A DNA stretch of 64,000 bases from a virus: the IMG/VR virus record IMGVR_UViG_3300021961_000023. One strand, written 5' to 3'. Both the position numbers and the translations under genes were made by a program. The notes beneath the pieces were generated by a model. It worked only from the letters and a program-made list of their open reading frames with translations, made no database searches and was not told where the DNA came from. Of this stretch, positions 25,801 through 35,742 are shown in pieces (position 1 is the first letter of the stretch; every line of letters begins with the position of its first letter).

Positions 25801-26402
25801 TGGCTGACGGAAAAAAGAAAACCTTTAGATCCGTTGAGTACGGAACTACAGATGGTCAACTTAGATTTGGACATCTGCATGGAAAACCAGATTCAGATGT
25901 TCAATCAGATGTGATGCTCCAAGCATCGGATCCATTGCATTATATGACAATGGATAAAGATGGTAAGAGAGCAGGATGGACAGTAAATCGTTGTCCAAAC
26001 GTTTGGGAACTTAAGTGTGGTGATAATACACCAGACAAGAAACCAGCTTTATATGTCGAAGCGATTAATGGAGACATTGTTTTGAATGCCCCGAATGGTC
26101 GTATCAGACTTCAAGCTCTTGACATTGACATTCTTGCAACTGGACCAGATACAAAGAGAGGTGTCATTGACATCAAATCAAACCAAGCGATTAATCTGGA
26201 CAGTAATAAAATTGATTTCAAAGCAAAGGCATCTTTGAAAATGGTTTCCAGTGGTGCGGGGGAAATGGCATTCAATCAGTCATTGAAAATGTATTATGGA
26301 TTTGCTCAGGCAGTATCTGGAACCGTAGGTACTGCAGGTAAAGACTCTAAGTTTGGAGTCGCTAAAGATTACCATAAGAGATATACTGATAATCTAGTAT
26401 AA
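25800..26402 (+). CDS. Spike beta-helix-like virion protein
   Basis: Follows gp5; beta-strand periodicity (NGDIVLNAPNGRIRLQA). Confidence 0.55.
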   Translation: MADGKKKTFRSVEYGTTDGQLRFGHLHGKPDSDVQSDVMLQASDPLHYMTMDKDGKRAGWTVNRCPNVWELKCGDNTPDKKPALYVEAINGDIVLNAPNGRIRLQALDIDILATGPDTKRGVIDIKSNQAINLDSNKIDFKAKASLKMVSSGAGEMAFNQSLKMYYGFAQAVSGTVGTAGKDSKFGVAKDYHKRYTDNLV

Positions 26403-26415
26403 GAGGAAAAATAAA

Positions 26416-27195
26416 ATGCAGTTTGATGATGCTTCCGTAGGAAAAAGATTATTTGTTGGCGAAGGAAGTCCTATTTGTTTAGGTCTTGGTCCAACAGAAA
26501 TTCGTGGATCTTCTTTTATTGAAGGACCACAGGTTATTGGAGATCCAGGTAGTTTCCCTATTGTAGCTGCCACTTTGATGGTAGGTAAAACTGAAAATCC
26601 AGATTCTCCAACTCCCATTATTCCTGGTGCGGTGTGTGGATTTAATCATAGTCCATACTCTCTTGCCGTTGATGGGGATGCAGCAATCTTTCAGAACTTA
26701 ACTTTGAATGGACAAGTCGAAGTAGGAACTCACGTTCTTGCTCAAGGGGAAGTTATTTCTAGATACGGTGGAGGATTCCATATCCTCTCAATGAAGAAAA
26801 ACTTTGATATTCCCCACCCATCTAGAGAAGGGTGGAGACTCAGGCACACTTGTCCTGAGGGACCTTATAATGACGTTTATATCAGAGGAAGAGTTACCAG
26901 CAAGAAGGAGATTGAACTTCCAGATTATTGGAAAGACTTTGTAGATATTACAACAATCACGGTAAATCTCACGCCAATCGGTGCTCATCAGCATGTGATT
27001 GTAAAGAGAATCGATGAAGAAAAGGTGTACTTACAGTCACAAGGTAACATGCCTATTGACTGTTTTTATCACATCTATGCAGAAAGAAAAGATGGTGATA
27101 GACTGATTCCAGAATATCCTGGAACAACACCTCAGGATTATCCAGGCGACAACTCTCAATATTCTGTTGTCGGTTGGAACTATGATGTTCGTTAG
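26416..27195 (+). CDS. Virion protein with C-terminal FDIPHP/EGP domain (paralog 1)
   Basis: KNFDIPHP..LRH.CPEGP..Y.RG..IELPDYW..DYPG. Confidence 0.75.
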   Translation: MQFDDASVGKRLFVGEGSPICLGLGPTEIRGSSFIEGPQVIGDPGSFPIVAATLMVGKTENPDSPTPIIPGAVCGFNHSPYSLAVDGDAAIFQNLTLNGQVEVGTHVLAQGEVISRYGGGFHILSMKKNFDIPHPSREGWRLRHTCPEGPYNDVYIRGRVTSKKEIELPDYWKDFVDITTITVNLTPIGAHQHVIVKRIDEEKVYLQSQGNMPIDCFYHIYAERKDGDRLIPEYPGTTPQDYPGDNSQYSVVGWNYDVR

Positions 27196-27210
27196 TAAGG
27201 AGTGAGTTAA

Positions 27211-28047
27211 ATGGCAGAATCAGATTTTGCAAATATTGGAGGATCAGAGGCAGCAGCAGAATCAAAAGGAGCAAACAAAACAAGTACTCCAAGTCAATCT
27301 TCTAATGGTCCAGAGACTGGATTTGAAACTAGAACTAAGGGTCAGCAAGACTGTGCAGAACCAACTATTGTTGGTCAACCAGGAATGAGATATGACTATG
27401 TTGCAAAGGTTCACAATGAAGATAATGATTTTGATGGTGATCTCAAAAAGTTAGTTGGTGAACAATGCCAGCCTTGGTATTATTATAATATGAAGGCAGG
27501 AAACTTTTGGGCAGAGCAAAACATTCGTGCTACTGGTAACATTCAGGCAACTGGAGAGGTCTCAAGCCTCGGAGGTGCTCATGTTCTTTCCATGAAAAAG
27601 AACTTACCATTTGATATGGTTCATCCAACAAAACCTGGTTGGAGATTGCGTCATGTATGCCTAGAAGGACCAGAGATTGGTGTATATCTCCATGGAAAAA
27701 ACAAAGGTAAGGTGATTGAACTACCTGATTACTGGAGAGGTCTTGTAAGAGAAGAAACTATCAGTGTTCATTTGACACCGATTGGAAAACCATATGTTTT
27801 GTTTATTGAAAAAATTGAGGATAACAAAGTTTACATTGGGACAAACTGGGAAACTTCTGGAGTTGATATTGAATACAACTATGTGATTCATGCATCACGA
27901 GTTGATGATGATCTGATTGTTGAGTATGAAGGAGAGTCTCATCTTGATTATCCTGGTGGTAACGAAGGGTATTCGTTTAACTATGAACATAACTATGTTC
28001 ATAACCTGATTAAGGAAACGATTAGAGAAGAGATGAGGAAAAACTAA
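27211..28047 (+). CDS. Virion protein with C-terminal FDIPHP/EGP domain (paralog 2)
   Basis: PFDMVHP..LRHVCLEGPE..IELPDYW..DYPG. Confidence 0.75.
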   Translation: MAESDFANIGGSEAAAESKGANKTSTPSQSSNGPETGFETRTKGQQDCAEPTIVGQPGMRYDYVAKVHNEDNDFDGDLKKLVGEQCQPWYYYNMKAGNFWAEQNIRATGNIQATGEVSSLGGAHVLSMKKNLPFDMVHPTKPGWRLRHVCLEGPEIGVYLHGKNKGKVIELPDYWRGLVREETISVHLTPIGKPYVLFIEKIEDNKVYIGTNWETSGVDIEYNYVIHASRVDDDLIVEYEGESHLDYPGGNEGYSFNYEHNYVHNLIKETIREEMRKN

Positions 28048-28784
28048 TGGCAATCGGAACATTTTTTCATGCAGAACCAAATAATGGTCCTAATAAGTCT
28101 CAAGTAACTGGAGCTGGTCCTAATAATATTACAGATTCTCAGTATCCAAGTTGTGGGATTTCAACACAACGTGGAGATCATCAGATCTTAGCATGTAGTG
28201 GATATAGTGGTAATCTTCTAATAAACGGAAACTTTACTGCTCAGGGAACCACTCATACTCTTGCATCTGTAACTATTGCTTCTAACAGTGTTACTGCAAC
28301 AACATTTAATGGTAACCTCAACGGAGTTGCAAGTGGTAATAAGGTTCTTCCATTTGATATTCCTCATGTAAAGCAAAAAGGAAAGAGAATCCGTCACATT
28401 ATTGCAGAAGGTCCAGAAGCAGGTATATACATTCGTGGTAAACTTAAAGGTTCCAACAAGATTGAACTTCCAGAATACTGGGATGGACTTGTTGATCCAG
28501 AATCAATCACAGTAACTTTAACACAGATTGGATATTCCCAAGATTTAATCGTAAAAGGTGTTGAAAATAATGTAGTAAATATTGTATCTGGAAACGCAGC
28601 AAATATTCATTGTTATTATGAAGTATGGGCTGCAAGATGGTTGAATCCTATGAACCATGAAGAAAAACTTCATGTCGTTTATGAGGGCGAAACTCCAGAC
28701 GATTATCCTGGTGGTAATCAAAACTTCTTGATTGGTGGATGGGACTATGATAGAAGAAATCCTCAGTGGGGGACACCTGAGTAA
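28047..28784 (+). CDS. Virion protein with C-terminal FDIPHP/EGP domain (paralog 3)
   Basis: PFDIPHV..IRH..AEGPE..IELPEYW..DYPG. Confidence 0.75.
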   Translation: MAIGTFFHAEPNNGPNKSQVTGAGPNNITDSQYPSCGISTQRGDHQILACSGYSGNLLINGNFTAQGTTHTLASVTIASNSVTATTFNGNLNGVASGNKVLPFDIPHVKQKGKRIRHIIAEGPEAGIYIRGKLKGSNKIELPEYWDGLVDPESITVTLTQIGYSQDLIVKGVENNVVNIVSGNAANIHCYYEVWAARWLNPMNHEEKLHVVYEGETPDDYPGGNQNFLIGGWDYDRRNPQWGTPE

Positions 28785-28827
28785 CTGGCACAGTGGACTT
28801 GACATCCCATCGTTCGTGTCCTATACT
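28770..28827 (+). promoter_or_regulatory. Box copy 2 plus sigma70 promoter
   Basis: GGGACA-N10-TGGCAC; TTGACA(28799)-17-TATACT(28822). Confidence 0.75.
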
Positions 28828-28851
28828 ACTAAGGTAATCAAAACAAAGCAA

Positions 28852-29043
28852 ATGCAAGAAGAGTTTCTGACACGTTGTGTTGTCGATGCTGCTAAGCGAA
28901 CCGTCTATCTTTATTCTAGTGAAGGATCGACAAAAGAAGTTGTGTGTGAAACTCCTGATGAGTTCCTAAATGTGTTAAAGTTTGTTCGTGAAAATCTTGA
29001 CGAAGAAACTCTTGCATTCTCTGAACCTCTTGTTGCTTCATGA
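28852..29043 (+). CDS. Hypothetical protein (63 aa)
   Basis: MQEEFLTRCVVD...; first ATG downstream of the promoter. Confidence 0.7.
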   Translation: MQEEFLTRCVVDAAKRTVYLYSSEGSTKEVVCETPDEFLNVLKFVRENLDEETLAFSEPLVAS

Positions 29044-29052
29044 TTACAGTGT

Positions 29053-29134
29053 GCTCAAGTGGCGGAATTGGTAGACGCGCTGGGTTTAGGTTCCAGTAGA
29101 TTTATCTGTGGGGGTTCAAGTCCCTTCTTGAGCA
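29053..29134 (+). tRNA. tRNA-Leu(UAG)
   Basis: Acceptor GCTCAAG/CTTGAGC, anticodon TAG, long variable arm, TTCAAGT T-loop. Confidence 0.93.
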
Positions 29135-29142
29135 CTCTTTAT

Positions 29143-29213
29143 GCGGGCATGGTGTAGCGGTAACACGCCATCCTTCCAAGTTGGAATCACGGGTTCGATC
29201 CCCGTTGCCCGCT
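29143..29213 (+). tRNA. tRNA-Gly(UCC)
   Basis: GCGGGCA/TGCCCGC acceptor, anticodon TCC, U73. Confidence 0.93.
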
Positions 29214-29292
29214 TTCCAAAAATGAAGTTTAGTTTCATTTTTGGTCGAAAAAATTTCCCCAGAAATTTTTGCCCTATTACTTTTTTCAAAGT

Positions 29293-29499
29293 ATGAATCC
29301 TTACAAAATCAATAAGAACGCATTAGTAGAAGTGCCTGTAAAGACAACCCCTGATAATGTTCGTGAAGCAAATGAAGGATTATTTCATGCAAAGATGACT
29401 CTACCTGCTGCTGCAAAACATTGTGGGATGACACAAAAAGAAATGAAGTTGACATTCTTTGAGTATCTGAAGTATAATCCTAAAACCTACGAGGGTTGA
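29293..29499 (+). CDS. Hypothetical protein (possible HTH-like)
   Basis: MTLPAAAKHCGMTQKEMK. Confidence 0.7.
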   Translation: MNPYKINKNALVEVPVKTTPDNVREANEGLFHAKMTLPAAAKHCGMTQKEMKLTFFEYLKYNPKTYEG

Positions 29500-29505
29500 T
29501 TTTTT

Positions 29506-29578
29506 GGGAGTGTAGCCCAGCGGAAGAGGCAGTGGACTTAAAATCCATCCAGGGTGGGTTCGAATCCCACCACTCCTA
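29506..29578 (+). tRNA. tRNA-Leu(UAA) with short variable loop
   Basis: GGGAGTG/CACTCCT acceptor, anticodon TAA, TTCGAAT T-loop, A73. Confidence 0.88.
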
Positions 29579-29616
29579 TTCTCTGTTATAAATAAAAAAC
29601 AGAGTTATAGTCCGTT

Positions 29617-29979
29617 ATGCTATTCAACGAATGCACCAATAGTCAATCTCAAGGTAATGTTGGTATGGGGCAAGCAATTGCTCACTACACTCAAAAAGGA
29701 TATACTGTTAGTATTCCTTTAAATGATTGCCAAGAGTATGATTTGGTTGTAGAATACCCTGACGGATTAAAAAAAGTTCAAGTAAAAACGACAAAATCAA
29801 AAGCACAATCTGGAAAATACGTTGTTGGATTACGCACTATGAGTGGGTATAAAGACAAATATTCTTACAAGATTGGTTCTTATGATATTTTGTTTGTAGT
29901 TACTGAACTTGGTAAAACATATGAATATACTTCAAAACAACTTGAAGGATATAAAAATTGTATTACCTTACCTATCTGA
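29617..29979 (+). CDS. Free-standing PD-(D/E)XK endonuclease (I-Ssp6803I/PDDEXK_5-like)
   Basis: G..G...A..Y...GY.VSIPL.D...YDLVV...KVQVKT; TATAAATA at 29587. Confidence 0.85.
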   Translation: MLFNECTNSQSQGNVGMGQAIAHYTQKGYTVSIPLNDCQEYDLVVEYPDGLKKVQVKTTKSKAQSGKYVVGLRTMSGYKDKYSYKIGSYDILFVVTELGKTYEYTSKQLEGYKNCITLPI

Positions 29980-30014
29980 GGTTCTACCCCTAAATAATCA
30001 AAAATAGGTTATCT

Positions 30015-30284
30015 ATGAAATACCGCATAGATACTGCTTACTGCTGGTACAACAGAGGAAAAGAGATTGTTTTAATGTATTTCATTGAAAATATCCCTTT
30101 TACATTTGATGAACTACCACACAAAGACATGTATACAACTGATATGGTAGAATCAGCAAATAAAAACCTAATGTATGAACCAGAAGACCTCTATCAAAAC
30201 TCATATTATTTGATTTTAGAAGAGTGTCATCCACTTATGTTTGAGTTAGATCTGGAAAATCCAGAGTTACTACCTGTAGATTAA
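30015..30284 (+). CDS. Hypothetical protein
   Basis: IVLMYFI..IPFTFDEL...EECHPL. Confidence 0.75.
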   Translation: MKYRIDTAYCWYNRGKEIVLMYFIENIPFTFDELPHKDMYTTDMVESANKNLMYEPEDLYQNSYYLILEECHPLMFELDLENPELLPVD

Positions 30285-30285
30285 T

Positions 30286-30357
30286 GCCCTTGTAGCTCAG
30301 TGGTAGAGCAACGGTTTTGTAAACCGTTGGTCGCTGGTTCAAATCCAGTCGGGGGCT
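30286..30357 (+). tRNA. tRNA-Thr(UGU)
   Basis: Canonical cloverleaf, anticodon TGT. Confidence 0.93.
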
Positions 30358-30375
30358 CTGAGTTCTATAACTCCA

Positions 30376-30531
30376 ATGTCACTTATTTCGCAAAAAGATA
30401 GAGAAAATGTTATCGAGTCTCTTGACTTCTACCTCTTTAGTAAAGGAAACGATTTTTCCGAAGAAAGACGAGCAGAACTCAATGCACTTCTCAACTGGGT
30501 ACGACTCGAATATTTCAAACATGAAAATTAA
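30376..30531 (+). CDS. Hypothetical protein (51 aa)
   Basis: MSLISQKDRENVIESLDFY...LLNWVRLE. Confidence 0.6.
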   Translation: MSLISQKDRENVIESLDFYLFSKGNDFSEERRAELNALLNWVRLEYFKHEN

Positions 30532-30694
30532 TCTTTGGTATTGTGCCCAAATGAAACAGTGGCGCTGGACATTAGTAGATAGTCATAGACCTGTTATTCG
30601 CCAAGAATCTGGACAAAGACCATTTCTTCGTGATGCTATGAATGATGTGGCAAATACTGTAGAGTATATGTTAGAATGTAATCAGTCAGAGTGA
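30521..30694 (+). CDS. Hypothetical protein (57 aa)
   Basis: MKINLWYC..MKQWRWTL; ATG at 30521 preferred. Confidence 0.65.
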   Translation: MKINLWYCAQMKQWRWTLVDSHRPVIRQESGQRPFLRDAMNDVANTVEYMLECNQSE

Positions 30695-30747
30695 CCCTTC
30701 CGTTATATGATAAATAATCTATAACGGAAACTATAATCATTAATAAG

Positions 30748-33700
30748 ATGGGTCTCAGCAGACTGGATAACTTTCTTAAGAATACAAAAGGTGAAATTCT
30801 TTACGTTGATCCAAACAATCTGGATTCAACAGATAGTGTAGAAAATCAAGGCAACTCGCTTGCAAGACCCTTCAAGACATTACAAAGGGCACTGATTGAA
30901 GCTGCAAGATTCTCTTATCAAAGAGGAGTTGATAATGATAGATTTGGAAAAACAACTATCATGCTCTATCCTGGAGAGCATCTTGTTGATAACCGTCCTG
31001 GGTGGATTCCCATTGCAACAAATAACTATCGTCTGAGAAGTGGTGCAACTTCAGGCAACCTGTCTCCTTTCGATAGTACAACAAACTTTGATCTAAGAGA
31101 CGACGATAATATTCTCTACAAACTGAACTCCATTTACGGTGGAGTTATCGTCCCTCGTGGTACTTCTATTGTTGGTATGGATCTTCGTAAAACGAAGATT
31201 ATTCCAAGGTATGTACCTGATCCAGAAAATAATCAAATCGAAAGATCTGCGATTTTTAGAGTAACTGGTGCTTGTTACTTCTGGCAGTTCTCGTTCTTCG
31301 ATGGTGATCCAACTGGTATCGTATATAAAGATTATACAACAAACAAGTTTGTACCTAACTTTTCTCACCACAAACTTACATGCTTTGAGTATGCTGATGG
31401 TGTGAATAACGTCGATATTGACGATGATTTTATTTCAGGTTCTGATGGTGCATTTACCAAGACTGACTTGGATATGTACTATGATAAAGTTGGTAGAGTC
31501 TACGGTACACTCAGTGGTCGTGCTATTTTCCCTGAGCAAGTAAGTCAAACTCTTGATATTCAGAAGAAAGTTGATGAATATCGTATTGTTGGTTCACAGG
31601 GTGCAGAAGTTGGAATCAGCAGTATCTTCGCTGGTAACAGCACTACATCATCAACAACCGTCACTGTTCAGTTAGAAAGCGAACTTCCTGACCTTGATGT
31701 TGATACTCCGATTCGTGTTAATGGAGTAATACCTTCTGGATATGATGGAGTTCATACTGTAACTGAAGTTGTAAGTTCAACTCGTGTAAAATACTTAGTT
31801 CAAAATCCTCCAGCAAATGCAAAACCAAGTGCTGCCGATGTTGCTGGTGCTACTCTGAATATTCTTGTTGATACTGTAACTTCCGCGTCTCCATATATCT
31901 TCAATATTTCCTTGCGTTCAGTTTTTGGCATGAATGGTCTTCATGCTGATGGAGATAAGGCAGCAGGATTTAAATCAATGGTTGTGGCACAGTTCACTGG
32001 TATTGGTCTGCAAAAAGATAACAATGCTTTTGTGAAGTATAATACAACCAATGGTTTATGGGAAGATCAGTTTGCAGCTGGAAACCAGAATCTATCGTCT
32101 GATTCTAGAGCAAGATTTAAACCATCATATGAAAACTTCCACATTAAAGCAAGTAACAACGCATTCCTTCAGTTAGTTTCAATCTTCTCGATTGGATTTG
32201 GAAAACATTATATTGCAGAAAGTGGTGGTGATATGTCAATCACCAACTCTAACTCTAACTTTGGTGCAATCGCACTTAACTCTAAAGGTTATCAGGAAAC
32301 TGCTTTTGCAAGAGATGATGTAGGATATATTTCACATATCATTCCACCAAAAATGATTGAAGGTGGAGCAATCACTGTTGAATTTGATGCTATTGATATT
32401 GGTGTAACAACAACTGCAGCTGCAGCAAGTAATCCAGGTATCGGTACAACCAGTCGTTTATATCTACTGAATAGAAAGAACATCAAGGATGCTCCAGATT
32501 CTGTAATCGATGGATATAGAATCGGTACAAAGACAAATGACTATCTTAAGGTAAATCTTTCGATTGCTGGATTCACTACTGATCATTCGGCAAAAATCGT
32601 GATGCCAGATACTCAAGATGATGCAGTTAAATGTTCTGGGGAAAAGTCATACAGAGTTCAAAGAACCAGTTCTGGTATTAGTAGTATCTCTACAAATATT
32701 GTTACTCTTGAAACGGATCATCGTTTTATAAATGGAGAATCGATTCGTATTCTGAGTGATAACGGACATTTACCTGATGGTTTAGAACCAAATACAGTTT
32801 ATAATGTCATTACAATCAGTCCATCAACTCCTCTGAATACAAAGCAAATCAAAATTGCACAGACATTCGGAGATGCAATCAATGATAATGCTCTTACCAT
32901 CAACTCAAAAGGTGGTTATTTAAGAGTTGTCAGTCGTGTAAGTGATAAGAAAGCAGGAGATATTGGTCATCCAATACAATATGATACAAGTAGAGGTCAG
33001 TGGTACATTAACGTTTCTTCTGCTTCCACAGAAAACTCTATCTACACTAAGTTAGTTGGATTTGGTACAACCACATTTGGAACGGCGACTTCAAGAACTT
33101 ATATTGAAAGGCAAAATGATCCAAGAGCATTTGGAGATACTGTTTACAGAGTCAGATACATTTTACCAAAGGATTCATCAACAGTAGCAAGACCTCCAGT
33201 TGAAGGATTTGTATTACAGGAATCAAACTCAACTATTCCTTCATCCACCAACGAAATCCAGAAATATTTTAGTGGACCATCTTCTGTTAAAACTTTAACA
33301 AACTCTGCTGAACTCAGGATTCCACGATTTATTGCGGATGTTTCTTGGGTAGGAACTGCGGCAACATTTAGAACTGAACTTCCTCATGATTTAAGTATTG
33401 GCAATACCGTTGAAATCAAAAACGTAGTTAGTACAGCAAACACAACAGGTGCTGCTAAACTTGGTTTTAATGGTGAGTTCGTTGTAACTTCGATAAGAAG
33501 TAGAAAGGAGTTTACTGTAACTATTCCTACAGCACCTGGAACATTTACAAATGATACTTCTACCAGAAATACAAACTTACCATACTTCAGAAAGAAGAAG
33601 TATAACGGCACTTACGTTATTTACAGAACAAGAGAAATTCAAGAGTATGTACCACAAAAACAAGATGGTATCTATGATCTCTTGGTTATCAATGCAGATA

Positions 33701-35673
33701 ATACTCCTGTCGTAAGTCCATTTACATCACAACGTTATTCGCAACCAGTTGTTAATCTTTATCCTCAGGTTAACAGAGATAATCCAAAGTCAGATCCACC
33801 AGCAGCAGATTGCTTTGCATCTTCGGATATTATTGGTGAAGTTGTTATCAATGACCCACAAAATTCAATTACTGCAGAAACTCTTGGTAAAGGTCTGATT
33901 GATCAAGGAGTTGGTATTGGTATTTCTAATATTGTTTCAAACGCAACTGGAACTGCACATACCATTACAACCAGAATAGAGCATGGTTTTAATAGAGCAA
34001 CTAAACTTTCTGTTTCAACTCCTGGTGCTGGATATGGATCTGGTGGTTCTGGAAGAATCTACAATGCAAGACTTGAGGGAACATCATCTGCAGGAAAGAA
34101 TGCAACTGCAGTTATTACTGTAAATGCTTCTGGATCGATCACATCTGCAGAGATCATGGATGGAGGAAGTTCCTATAGTGTAGGTGATTCTCTTAATGTT
34201 GTAGGTGTTGGAACTACATCAGGATTTACTGTTGGTGTTGTAAGTGTAACTCAGATTTACAACAATCTAAATGAGGTAATCTCTTTACAAGGAATCACTG
34301 GTTCTAGAAATAATGAATACAATCAGCAGTATAGAGTTACTTCTATTGTTCCTGGTGATCCATATAGGATTCAAGTTGCAAGTGCATCTACAGTATCTGC
34401 TCCTTCAGTTGGATCAGCATCAGGTGTCGGTGCAACAGATGTAGCATCTGCATTTGTTTATACAGTTGGTAAAGGTATTCTTGTTAATACACTTTCCTAT
34501 AATCAGGGAACTGGTGTTGGTATCATCACATGTAGAGAAGCACATGGTTTCTTTGTAGATAATAAAGTTCGTATTGTTGGTGCAACAAACGACTTCTACA
34601 ACAGAGAATATGTAATCAAATCAGTTGGAACTACAACATCATTTACGATTGATATTGGTATTGGAACTGTTACACATCCCGCCTCTGGAACAATCTATGC
34701 ACTTCCTACAGGATTTAGTGCTCAGGGTGGAAACACAACAGATGATAATGAAAACACTGCAGGAAGAATGGTAGCAGCATATGCTGGTATTACCACAACA
34801 TTAATCAATATGGGCGCAAGTGGTTCAGCAGCATTGACAACAGATCAAATCGAAATCGACACTGATTATCTTGATATTAAGATTGGGGATTATCTACAAA
34901 TTGATGAGGAGATTGTAAGAGTTAAAGAAACTGTTACAAGTGATATTATTAAGGTATTCCGTGGTGTCATGGGAACCAGAAGAGCAGATCATGCTGCTGG
35001 TGCTGTTGTTAAGAGAATCTCTCCAAAACAGATTGAACTTAGAAGAAACTCTTATCTACGTGCATCTGGACATACTTTTGAATATCTTGGTTTTGGTCCT
35101 GGTAACTACTCGACTGCTCTACCACAACGTCAAGATAGAATCCTTTCTGGTTCTGAAGAGATTCTATCACAAGCACATAAAGAAGATGGTGGTGTAGTTG
35201 TCTACACTGGTATGAATAATGATGGTAGTTTCTATATCGGAAACAAGAAAGTCAGTTCTGCCACAGGAAAAGAAGCAACATTTGATGCTCCTATTCCTAC
35301 TGTTACAGGTGAAGAACTTGGTTCAAACCTAAACATTGGATTTGACGTTTTAACTCCTGTTGAAGCAACAATCACAAGAGGTATTCGTGTTGAAGGTGGT
35401 ATCGATCAGTCTGTAACTTCAAGATTTGATGGTCCAGTTGTGTTTAACAATAAGATTACATCAAACTCTGTAAAAGGCATTGAAGCACAATCTATCTACA
35501 TTCAAGGTGATAGTACTGTTTCTAGAAAGTATACGGTTGGTATTGCAACCCCATCTATTGCTGGAAATCCAGGTGATGTTGTATACAATGCAAATCCAAC
35601 AAATGGAGGAACAGTAGGTTGGATTTATACTATCAATAATGAATGGAAAACCTTTGGAAATATTAGCAGTTGA
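30748..35673 (+). CDS. Large virion structural protein
   Basis: 1641 aa; ILYVDP...GNS.ARPFKT.QRA start typical of beta-helix virion proteins; RASGHTFEYLGFGPGNYS. Confidence 0.8.
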   Translation: MGLSRLDNFLKNTKGEILYVDPNNLDSTDSVENQGNSLARPFKTLQRALIEAARFSYQRGVDNDRFGKTTIMLYPGEHLVDNRPGWIPIATNNYRLRSGATSGNLSPFDSTTNFDLRDDDNILYKLNSIYGGVIVPRGTSIVGMDLRKTKIIPRYVPDPENNQIERSAIFRVTGACYFWQFSFFDGDPTGIVYKDYTTNKFVPNFSHHKLTCFEYADGVNNVDIDDDFISGSDGAFTKTDLDMYYDKVGRVYGTLSGRAIFPEQVSQTLDIQKKVDEYRIVGSQGAEVGISSIFAGNSTTSSTTVTVQLESELPDLDVDTPIRVNGVIPSGYDGVHTVTEVVSSTRVKYLVQNPPANAKPSAADVAGATLNILVDTVTSASPYIFNISLRSVFGMNGLHADGDKAAGFKSMVVAQFTGIGLQKDNNAFVKYNTTNGLWEDQFAAGNQNLSSDSRARFKPSYENFHIKASNNAFLQLVSIFSIGFGKHYIAESGGDMSITNSNSNFGAIALNSKGYQETAFARDDVGYISHIIPPKMIEGGAITVEFDAIDIGVTTTAAAASNPGIGTTSRLYLLNRKNIKDAPDSVIDGYRIGTKTNDYLKVNLSIAGFTTDHSAKIVMPDTQDDAVKCSGEKSYRVQRTSSGISSISTNIVTLETDHRFINGESIRILSDNGHLPDGLEPNTVYNVITISPSTPLNTKQIKIAQTFGDAINDNALTINSKGGYLRVVSRVSDKKAGDIGHPIQYDTSRGQWYINVSSASTENSIYTKLVGFGTTTFGTATSRTYIERQNDPRAFGDTVYRVRYILPKDSSTVARPPVEGFVLQESNSTIPSSTNEIQKYFSGPSSVKTLTNSAELRIPRFIADVSWVGTAATFRTELPHDLSIGNTVEIKNVVSTANTTGAAKLGFNGEFVVTSIRSRKEFTVTIPTAPGTFTNDTSTRNTNLPYFRKKKYNGTYVIYRTREIQEYVPQKQDGIYDLLVINADNTPVVSPFTSQRYSQPVVNLYPQVNRDNPKSDPPAADCFASSDIIGEVVINDPQNSITAETLGKGLIDQGVGIGISNIVSNATGTAHTITTRIEHGFNRATKLSVSTPGAGYGSGGSGRIYNARLEGTSSAGKNATAVITVNASGSITSAEIMDGGSSYSVGDSLNVVGVGTTSGFTVGVVSVTQIYNNLNEVISLQGITGSRNNEYNQQYRVTSIVPGDPYRIQVASASTVSAPSVGSASGVGATDVASAFVYTVGKGILVNTLSYNQGTGVGIITCREAHGFFVDNKVRIVGATNDFYNREYVIKSVGTTTSFTIDIGIGTVTHPASGTIYALPTGFSAQGGNTTDDNENTAGRMVAAYAGITTTLINMGASGSAALTTDQIEIDTDYLDIKIGDYLQIDEEIVRVKETVTSDIIKVFRGVMGTRRADHAAGAVVKRISPKQIELRRNSYLRASGHTFEYLGFGPGNYSTALPQRQDRILSGSEEILSQAHKEDGGVVVYTGMNNDGSFYIGNKKVSSATGKEATFDAPIPTVTGEELGSNLNIGFDVLTPVEATITRGIRVEGGIDQSVTSRFDGPVVFNNKITSNSVKGIEAQSIYIQGDSTVSRKYTVGIATPSIAGNPGDVVYNANPTNGGTVGWIYTINNEWKTFGNISS

Positions 35674-35742
35674 TGTAGTCTTCAATCTAAATACTTATAA
35701 ATAATCCAGAGCAAAGTCCCTTTAAGAAGGCAAAGTAGCAAA

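Noticed and set aside
29506-29578. Ochre suppressor tRNA or alternative genetic code
   Set aside because: Anticodon TAA reads UUA (Leu); a suppressor would need TTA. All three stop codons end genes normally.
29580-30010. Group I intron around the PD-(D/E)XK gene
   Set aside because: The flanking tRNAs are uninterrupted and there is no room for intron core elements.
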